Below, piece by piece: positions 57,621 to 64,000 of a stretch of 64,000 nt of DNA. The position numbers and the translations under genes were made by a program. The notes under the pieces were generated by a model. It was given only the letters and a program-made list of their open reading frames with translations. It did not search any database and was not told the DNA's origin. Source of the DNA: an uncultured Planctomycetia bacterium. Its GTDB lineage: Bacteria; Omnitrophota; Gorgyraeia; Tantalellales; Tantalellaceae. Every line of letters starts with the position of its first letter. Within the stretch, counting starts at the first letter, position 1. The stretch lies in assembly GCA_964572255.1 (NCBI GenBank), contig CAZNEE010000001.1, positions 267,587-331,586 on the forward strand, read 5' to 3'.

Positions 57621-58528
57621 AGAAAGACCTATTAAGCGTGCGGGATCTTAGCACTAAAGAAATTTTTGATATATTGAAACTTGCGTGGAAACTGAAAAAA
57701 GCGCCTTTGGCGAAAAAAGGCGTGTTCAAAGACAAAACACTGGCGCTTCTTTTTCAGAAACCATCCAACAGGACCCGCATATCCTTTGAGGTAGCCATGG
57801 TCCATCTCGGAGGGTATGTTTTGTACCTTAGCCCGAGGGAGATAAGCATGGGGGCAAGGGAATCGGTTAAGGATGTTGCCTGTGTTGTTTCAAGGTATGT
57901 CGACGGTATTGTGGCGCGGGTCTTTTCGCATAAAGATGTGGTGGAGCTTGCCAGGTACTCGGATGTCTCCGTTATAAACGGCCTTTCGGACCTGTTGCAT
58001 CCGTGTCAGGCGCTCAGCGATATTTTTACGATAAAAGAGAAGTTCAGGAATCTGAAGAAAGTCACGCTTGCTTATGTCGGTGACGGCAACAATGTTCTTA
58101 ATTCACTGCTTTTTGCTTCGGCTAAGACGGGTATCAACATCAAAGTAGCGACCCCTGAAGGGTATAAACCGGATCAGGAGATACTGGATGAGGCTATGGA
58201 TCTAGCGGGTTCTTCGAATGCGAGCATAGAGCTTTTTTCCGACCCGTATAAAGCCGTGAAGGATGCGGATGTTGTTTATACGGATGTCTGGGTAAGCATG
58301 GGGCAGGAGGATGAAAAAGAAAAACGGCTGAAAGATTTTCAGCCTTTTCAGATTAACGAGCAGCTCATGAAAGCCGCGAAGAAAAATGCGCTTATCATGC
58401 ACTGTCTGCCCGCTCACAGGGGCGAAGAGATCACAGATGTCATAGACAGCAAGAATTCCATTGTTTATGATCAGGCGGAGAACAGGATGCATGTGCAGAA
58501 AGCGATCCTTTTAAAGACGCTGAAATAA
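57617..58528 (+). CDS. argF: Ornithine carbamoyltransferase
   Basis: PSNRTRISFE (STRTR motif) and HCLPAHRGEE. Confidence 0.85.
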   Translation: MKKDLLSVRDLSTKEIFDILKLAWKLKKAPLAKKGVFKDKTLALLFQKPSNRTRISFEVAMVHLGGYVLYLSPREISMGARESVKDVACVVSRYVDGIVARVFSHKDVVELARYSDVSVINGLSDLLHPCQALSDIFTIKEKFRNLKKVTLAYVGDGNNVLNSLLFASAKTGINIKVATPEGYKPDQEILDEAMDLAGSSNASIELFSDPYKAVKDADVVYTDVWVSMGQEDEKEKRLKDFQPFQINEQLMKAAKKNALIMHCLPAHRGEEITDVIDSKNSIVYDQAENRMHVQKAILLKTLK

Positions 58529-58555
58529 AACAAAGCTTGAAAGAGGAGATTTAAA

Positions 58556-59734
58556 ATGGCGAAGAAGAAAAAAGTGGTACTGGCATATTCAGGAGGGCTT
58601 GATACTTCCGTTGCGATAAAGTGGTTCATGGACCGCGGGTATGAAGTCGTGTGTTTTATGGCGGATGTAGGACAGGGCGAAGAGACCAAAACCGCCCGGG
58701 AACGCGCCATTAAGATCGGTGCGAAAAAATGTATCGTTGCGGACCTGAAAAAGAAGTTCGCAGCCGACTATGCTTTTAAGGCACTGAAGGCCGGCGCGCT
58801 TTACCAGGGGAAATATAATCTGGCTACGGCGTTGTCGCGTCCCTTGATCGCGGAAGCGATGATAGATGTCGCGAAAAAAGAAAAGGCTACCGCGGTCGCG
58901 CATGGCTGTACGGGCAAAGGTAATGATCAGGTAAGGTTCGAAGTAACGTTCCACTTGAAAGCGCCTAAGTTGAAGGTCTTTGCGCCCGTACGGGAATGGG
59001 AGTTAAAGACGCGTGAAGAAGAAATAAAATACGCGAAGAAACACAAACTGCCCATAGAGCAAAGTAAGAAAAAGATATACAGTATTGATAAGAATCTGTG
59101 GGGTGTCAGCATAGAAAGTGGAGTGCTGGAAAACCCGTGGAAAGAGCCTCCGGCGGATACTTATATTACGACTAAGAGGCCTGAGAAAGCGCCTTCAAAA
59201 GCCGGTTACGTAACCGTTGAATTCGCGAAGGGCGTACCTGTTTCGTTGAATAAGAAGAAGTATGACCCTGTAAAGCTCATCGCCAAACTGAACCAGATAG
59301 GCGGTCTGCATGGTGTCGGCAGGGTGGACATGATAGAAGATCGTCTCGTAGGCATAAAGTCACGCGAAGTGTACGAAGCTCCCGCTTCAACGATGCTTTA
59401 CGCGGCGCATACTTCTCTTGAAGAACTTGTATTGGATAGGGAAACAAGGCGTTATTTGAAAGGGATATCCGAAAGGTATTCCGAAATGATCTATTATGGC
59501 TTGTGGTTCACGCCTCTCAAGGAAGCTCTTGATGCGTTCATAGACAAAACGCAGGAGAGGGTGACGGGCGAGGTAAAACTTAAGCTTTTCAAGGGAAGCG
59601 TTACTGCGACAAGCAGGAAGAGTCCGCATTCCCGATACAAGGTGGAATTGGCTACCTATGGGAAAGGCGATGTATTTGACCAGTCATTGGCCAAAGGTTT
59701 TATAGATCTTTGGGCGATGCCGTACAAAAAATAG
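58556..59734 (+). CDS. argG: Argininosuccinate synthase
   Basis: VLAYSGGLDTS PP-loop, GCTGKGNDQVRFE. Confidence 0.95.
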   Translation: MAKKKKVVLAYSGGLDTSVAIKWFMDRGYEVVCFMADVGQGEETKTARERAIKIGAKKCIVADLKKKFAADYAFKALKAGALYQGKYNLATALSRPLIAEAMIDVAKKEKATAVAHGCTGKGNDQVRFEVTFHLKAPKLKVFAPVREWELKTREEEIKYAKKHKLPIEQSKKKIYSIDKNLWGVSIESGVLENPWKEPPADTYITTKRPEKAPSKAGYVTVEFAKGVPVSLNKKKYDPVKLIAKLNQIGGLHGVGRVDMIEDRLVGIKSREVYEAPASTMLYAAHTSLEELVLDRETRRYLKGISERYSEMIYYGLWFTPLKEALDAFIDKTQERVTGEVKLKLFKGSVTATSRKSPHSRYKVELATYGKGDVFDQSLAKGFIDLWAMPYKK

Positions 59735-59746
59735 CGAGGAGAGATC

Positions 59747-61123
59747 ATGACAAAACTATGGGGCGGAAGGTTTTCCGGGAAGGAAATGGTTCCTTTTGTT
59801 TTGGAGTTCACCTCAAGTCTTGGAGTTGACAAGGTGCTTGCAGAATATGACTGTAAGGGAACCATGGCTCATGTGGAGATGCTCCACAAATGCGGATTTA
59901 TTCAATCAGGCGATAAAAAGGAGCTTATGAAAGCTTTAAAAGGACTGCTCGCTGAGATAGAGAAACCTTCATGGAAGCCGGGCAAGGCCGAGGATATACA
60001 TTCTTATGTCCAGAATCATGTGGAAAAAGAAGCGCCGAAAGCCGCAAAAAAGATGCACACTGCAAGGTCCCGGAACGAGCAGGTAGTAAATGATGTAAGG
60101 ATGTATTGCAAGGATAAGGCGAGTGAACTCGTTGGACTTGCGCAAGATATGCAGCGGGCTCTTGTGAATTTAGCCGCCAAGACAACATCGGTTATAGTTC
60201 CCGGTTATACACATCTTAATCATGCTCAGCCGGTTGTTTTTGCTCATCTTGTTCTGGCTTATGTTGAGATGCTCCAGAGGGATAAAGAGCGTATTGAAGA
60301 TGCCCTCAAAAGGTGCGATGTATCCGTTATGGGTTCGGGAGCTATCGCCGGATCGTCTCTAAAGATAAACCGCAAGTTTATCGCGAACAAACTGGGATTC
60401 AAAAAAGTCTCCGCAAACAGTATTGATGCGGTCAGTGACAGGGATTTTATGGCGGAACTGTTATTTTCGCTCAGCATGGTTGCGGTGCATCTCTCACGCA
60501 TAAGCGAGGACCTTATCCTTTACAGTATACCCGAGTTCGGGTTTGTGGAAATATCTGAAGAATACTGCACGGGAAGTTCGCTTATGCCGCAGAAGAAAAA
60601 TCCAGATGTGCTGGAACTGGTAAGGGGGAAGTCTGCCCAGGTGATCAGCAGCTTGAATTCACTGCTTGTGCTTTTAAAAGGCCTCCCTCATTCATATAAC
60701 AGGGATCTCCAGGAAGATAAAAAGCCTTTGTTCGAATCGGTCGAACTTATAAGTGCGGAACTTAAGATAATGACGGATCTTATTAAAAAGATCAAGGTTA
60801 AGAAGGACGGGGGCAGGAAGGCGCTTGAAAATGAGTTTATTTACGCGACTGACCTGGCCGAGTATCTTGTCTCGAAAGGCGTTGCCTTTAAGGATGCGCA
60901 TGATACGATCGGCAAGATAGTAAAACATTGCACGGAAAAGGGTGTAAATATATCCGATCTTTCTCTCAGCGAGCTTGAGCATTTTTCAAAAGAATTGGGG
61001 AAAGATGTTTACGCATTTCTGGATCCGGAACATTCCGTGAACATGAAAAAAACTATAGGAAGCACTAATCCCAAGTTCGTAAAAAAAGAAGTAGCAAATT
61101 GGAAAAAGAAAGTAGGGAGATAG
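59747..61123 (+). CDS. argH: Argininosuccinate lyase
   Basis: Fumarate-lyase signature GSSLMPQKKNPD. Confidence 0.95.
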   Translation: MTKLWGGRFSGKEMVPFVLEFTSSLGVDKVLAEYDCKGTMAHVEMLHKCGFIQSGDKKELMKALKGLLAEIEKPSWKPGKAEDIHSYVQNHVEKEAPKAAKKMHTARSRNEQVVNDVRMYCKDKASELVGLAQDMQRALVNLAAKTTSVIVPGYTHLNHAQPVVFAHLVLAYVEMLQRDKERIEDALKRCDVSVMGSGAIAGSSLKINRKFIANKLGFKKVSANSIDAVSDRDFMAELLFSLSMVAVHLSRISEDLILYSIPEFGFVEISEEYCTGSSLMPQKKNPDVLELVRGKSAQVISSLNSLLVLLKGLPHSYNRDLQEDKKPLFESVELISAELKIMTDLIKKIKVKKDGGRKALENEFIYATDLAEYLVSKGVAFKDAHDTIGKIVKHCTEKGVNISDLSLSELEHFSKELGKDVYAFLDPEHSVNMKKTIGSTNPKFVKKEVANWKKKVGR

Positions 61124-61124
61124 C

Positions 61125-62375
61125 ATGCATGAATTTGGATATATAAACGGGGCGCTTCACTGCGAAGACGTTCCCATCAGTGATATTATAAAAGAATATC
61201 AAACGCCTTTTTACCTTTACAGCTACAATACGCTGATAGACCATTACAGGAAGATAAAAGAGGCTTTCAGGGAAGTATCTCCGCTTATTTGCTTTTCCAT
61301 GAAATCAAATTCGAACCTTAATTTATGCAAAGCGCTTGTTAATGAAGGAGCGGGGCTTGATATCGTATCAGGCGGAGAACTTTTCAAGGCCATGAAAGTA
61401 GGCTGCCCCCCGAAGAAGATAGTTTATGCAAGCGTCGGCAAGACAGAAGAGGAGATAGGATCCGCGATCAAGGAAGGGATACTCTTTTTCAATGTTGAAT
61501 CCGTACCGGAGCTTATAATGATCGACAGTGTAGCGAAACGGCTTAAGAAGAAGCCGAAGATAGCACTGCGTCTTAATCCGGACGTCAAGGCCGATACGCA
61601 CGATTATATTACAACCGGCACAAAGGAGAAAAAGTTCGGCATAGATTTCAAGACCGCGGAGGATGTTTTTGACAACGCTAACAAGTATTCGAACGTAAGT
61701 CTGAAAGGTATCCACCTGCACATAGGTTCACAGATAACCGACATTAAACCTTTCGTCACAACGATAAAAAAGGCTTTGGAATTTATCGAGAAAAGCCGCA
61801 TTAAAATAGAATATTTTAATATCGGAGGGGGATTCGGTATCAACTATAAAGATGAGAAAGCAAAGACCGCGCAGCAATTTGCTGACAAGATCGTGCCGCT
61901 CATCAAAAAGAGATCTTATAAACTTATCCTTGAGCCGGGGCGTTTCATAGCCGGGAACAGCGGGATACTGGTGACAAAGGTGATCTATGTAAAAACAGGC
62001 GCTACCGGTAAAAAGTTCGCCATAGTGGATGCCGGCATGAATGATCTCATCAGGCCCAGTTTATATAATGCCTATCATGAAGTTTTGCCGGTTGTTGAAA
62101 GAAAAGCTAAAAAAGAAAAATATGATGTAGTCGGTCCAATATGCGAGAGCGGCGATTACCTGGCATTAGGCAGAGAACTCCCCGAACTTGTGGCTGAAGA
62201 TCATCTTGCGGTCATGAGCGCGGGTGCTTATGGATACGTCATGGCCTCGAATTATAACTCCAGGCCCAGGCCGGCTGAATTATTGGTCATGAACGGTTCA
62301 ACTAAGGTGATCCGCCCGGCGGAGACCTACCGCGACCTGGTAAGCGGTGAAAAAATAATAAGAGAGCTGAAATGA
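61125..62375 (+). CDS. lysA: Diaminopimelate decarboxylase
   Basis: Orn/DAP/Arg decarboxylase family: FSMKSN PLP-Lys region, GGGFGI, CESGD. Confidence 0.9.
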   Translation: MHEFGYINGALHCEDVPISDIIKEYQTPFYLYSYNTLIDHYRKIKEAFREVSPLICFSMKSNSNLNLCKALVNEGAGLDIVSGGELFKAMKVGCPPKKIVYASVGKTEEEIGSAIKEGILFFNVESVPELIMIDSVAKRLKKKPKIALRLNPDVKADTHDYITTGTKEKKFGIDFKTAEDVFDNANKYSNVSLKGIHLHIGSQITDIKPFVTTIKKALEFIEKSRIKIEYFNIGGGFGINYKDEKAKTAQQFADKIVPLIKKRSYKLILEPGRFIAGNSGILVTKVIYVKTGATGKKFAIVDAGMNDLIRPSLYNAYHEVLPVVERKAKKEKYDVVGPICESGDYLALGRELPELVAEDHLAVMSAGAYGYVMASNYNSRPRPAELLVMNGSTKVIRPAETYRDLVSGEKIIRELK

Positions 62376-63193
62376 TGAAAAGAAAATATAATCTTTGTTT
62401 TACAAAAGCCGTGGCGAGCGGCAACGATTTTATCATTATAGATAACAAGGCGGGAGAGCTTGATTCAAGGCAGCTGGATTATTCCGAGATCGCGCGTGAT
62501 ATCTGCTCAAGACGGCATTCCATAGGAGCCGACGGGCTTCTTGTCCTGGAGGCAACGGAAAAAGCTAATTACCGCATGAGGATAATAAATCCCGACGGAT
62601 CGGAAGTTACCATGTGCGGTAACGGCATAAGATGCAGTTCTCTTTATGCCTCCGAGAGCGGCTGGGGAGATACTCTTAGCGTAGAGACGGGCGCGGGGAT
62701 ATTAAACACCGAAGTTAAAGAGAATAACGTAAAAATAAAGATGAGCGACCCGACGGATCTTAAACTTGATATTAACCTGGGTATCGGGTCTAATCTGATG
62801 AAAGTACATTATATTAATACCGGTGTGCCGCATGTAGTGCATATAGTTGAAGATCTTGATAATTATCCGGTTACTGATATCGGACGCCAGATCAGGGAGC
62901 ATCCCTTATTTGAGCCGGAAGGCACAAACGCGAACTTTGTAGCGGATGTGGAAGGAAATAAAGCGTCTTTACGTACGTATGAACGCGGGGTTGAAGATGA
63001 GACATTGGCTTGCGGGACAGGAACAACGGCTTCGGCCATAATCTTAGGGCTTTTGGATTTCGTTACTTCACCCGTGAAAATTAAGACCCGGGGCGGAGAA
63101 GAACTGACAGTATATTTCACCAGATCCGGAAGGAAAGTCACGGACGTTTATCTTGAAGGCGCGGCTTCGCTTATTTATGAAGGTAAAATATAA
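62372..63193 (+). CDS. dapF: Diaminopimelate epimerase
   Basis: Two catalytic Cys regions (NPDGSEVTMCGNG and LACGTGTTAS). ATGA overlap. Confidence 0.9.
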   Translation: MMKRKYNLCFTKAVASGNDFIIIDNKAGELDSRQLDYSEIARDICSRRHSIGADGLLVLEATEKANYRMRIINPDGSEVTMCGNGIRCSSLYASESGWGDTLSVETGAGILNTEVKENNVKIKMSDPTDLKLDINLGIGSNLMKVHYINTGVPHVVHIVEDLDNYPVTDIGRQIREHPLFEPEGTNANFVADVEGNKASLRTYERGVEDETLACGTGTTASAIILGLLDFVTSPVKIKTRGGEELTVYFTRSGRKVTDVYLEGAASLIYEGKI

Positions 63194-63248
63194 TTGATCC
63201 CGCAACTCGCGCGCATTGAGCAAGTTGTGAACAGGAAGGAGTAGTACC

Positions 63249-64000
63249 ATGTTTAAAGGTTCATTTGTTGCTTTAGTGACACCATTTAAGAACGGTAAGC
63301 CGGATGAAAAGACATACCGTAAATTGATCGAGTATCATATTGATAACGGGACGGATGGTCTTGTGCCATGCGGATGCACCGGTGAAGCGGCTACGCTTAA
63401 TATGGAAGAGCAGAAGCGTTTAATAAAGATAGCTGTTGAAACCTGTGATAAACGCATACCGGTTGTTGCGGGAACAGGTTCCAATTCAACTGAGGAAGCG
63501 ATAGAGCTTACAATTTCCGCGAAAAAAGCGGGTTGTGACGGAGCTCTCATAATCACACCGTACTACAACAAGCCGACTCCCGAAGGCCAGTACAGGCATT
63601 ATTCCCAGATCGCCAAGGCCGCCGATATACCCATTATGTTGTATAACGTACCGTCGAGGACAGGCATATCGCTTTTGCCCGCAACGGTTGCCCGCCTGTC
63701 AAAGGTCGATAACATTGTCGCCATAAAGGAGGCCGCGGGGAGCGTGCAGCAGGTAACCGAAATTTTAGCGCGCTGCGATATTACCGTTATGAGCGGCGAT
63801 GATTCGATGACTTTACCGTTCATGTCAGTCGGGGCAACGGGAGTTGTAAGTGTTGTAGCGAATATTATTCCCGGCAAAGTGCATGATTTGGTGCAGACGT
63901 TCTCGGACGGAAAGATCGACGAAAGCCGTAATATCCATTTTGAGATACTCGAGCTTTGCCATGCGATGTTCATCGAGACCAATCCGATACCGGTTAAAAC
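63249..64000 (+). CDS. dapA: 4-hydroxy-tetrahydrodipicolinate synthase, 3'-truncated at the window edge
   Basis: Not in the ORF track because there is no stop before the window ends. Manual translation from the ATG at 63249 (RBS CAGGAAGGAG) gives MFKGSFVALVTPFKNG...GTDGLVPCGCTGEAATL, typical DapA. Confidence 0.85.
   Translation, partial: MFKGSFVALVTPFKNGKPDEKTYRKLIEYHIDNGTDGLVPCGCTGEAATLNMEEQKRLIKIAVETCDKRIPVVAGTGSNSTEEAIELTISAKKAGCDGALIITPYYNKPTPEGQYRHYSQIAKAADIPIMLYNVPSRTGISLLPATVARLSKVDNIVAIKEAAGSVQQVTEILARCDITVMSGDDSMTLPFMSVGATGVVSVVANIIPGKVHDLVQTFSDGKIDESRNIHFEILELCHAMFIETNPIPVK

Overview
The window looks like a single 64-kb chromosomal stretch from an uncultivated bacterium; I cannot assign a lineage. 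Every supported gene is on the + strand. Many junctions overlap by 4 nt (ATGA), and composition is visibly mosaic, with AT-rich blocks around 25-35% GC against roughly 45% elsewhere. Coordinates for non-CDS features were counted by eye and may be off by 2-3 nt.

The first half (1-31.5 kb, continuing upstream of the window) is a very large surface-glycan or LPS-like biosynthesis locus. It carries a Wzx-like flippase, a WbaP-type initiating phosphoglycosyl transferase and an O-antigen-ligase family protein. There are three GT9 heptosyltransferase paralogs plus GmhB, and many GT2 and GT4 enzymes, including a tandem double-GT2 protein and a GT2-methyltransferase fusion. Two polyprenol-phosphate sugar synthase (DPM1/ArnC/GtrB-like) GT2s sit with candidate GT-C membrane partners. 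WecB, a CDP-alcohol phosphatidyltransferase, a GT28 MGDG-synthase-like enzyme and an LPG-synthase-TM-like protein are also present. Decoration enzymes include two, possibly three, sulfotransferases and five or six SAM methyltransferases. Together these point to a heavily sulfated and methylated heptose-containing glycan or glycolipid.

The second half is housekeeping: udg, priA, fmt, gap-pgk-tpiA-secG, an Opp/Dpp-type ABC peptide importer, leuCDB, asd, truA, rplM-rpsI, argCJBDFGH, lysA, dapF and dapA.

The most interesting feature sits between truA and rplM. Two tandem units each consist of a c-di-GMP-I (GEMM) riboswitch aptamer and an intrinsic-terminator expression platform, followed by a PEP-CTERM exosortase-substrate gene. 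The three PEP-CTERM proteins have no recognisable domains, and one is extremely acidic and aromatic. A 29-nt REP-like palindromic repeat occurs three times at gene junctions. No tRNA, rRNA, CRISPR array, transposase or integrase was seen.
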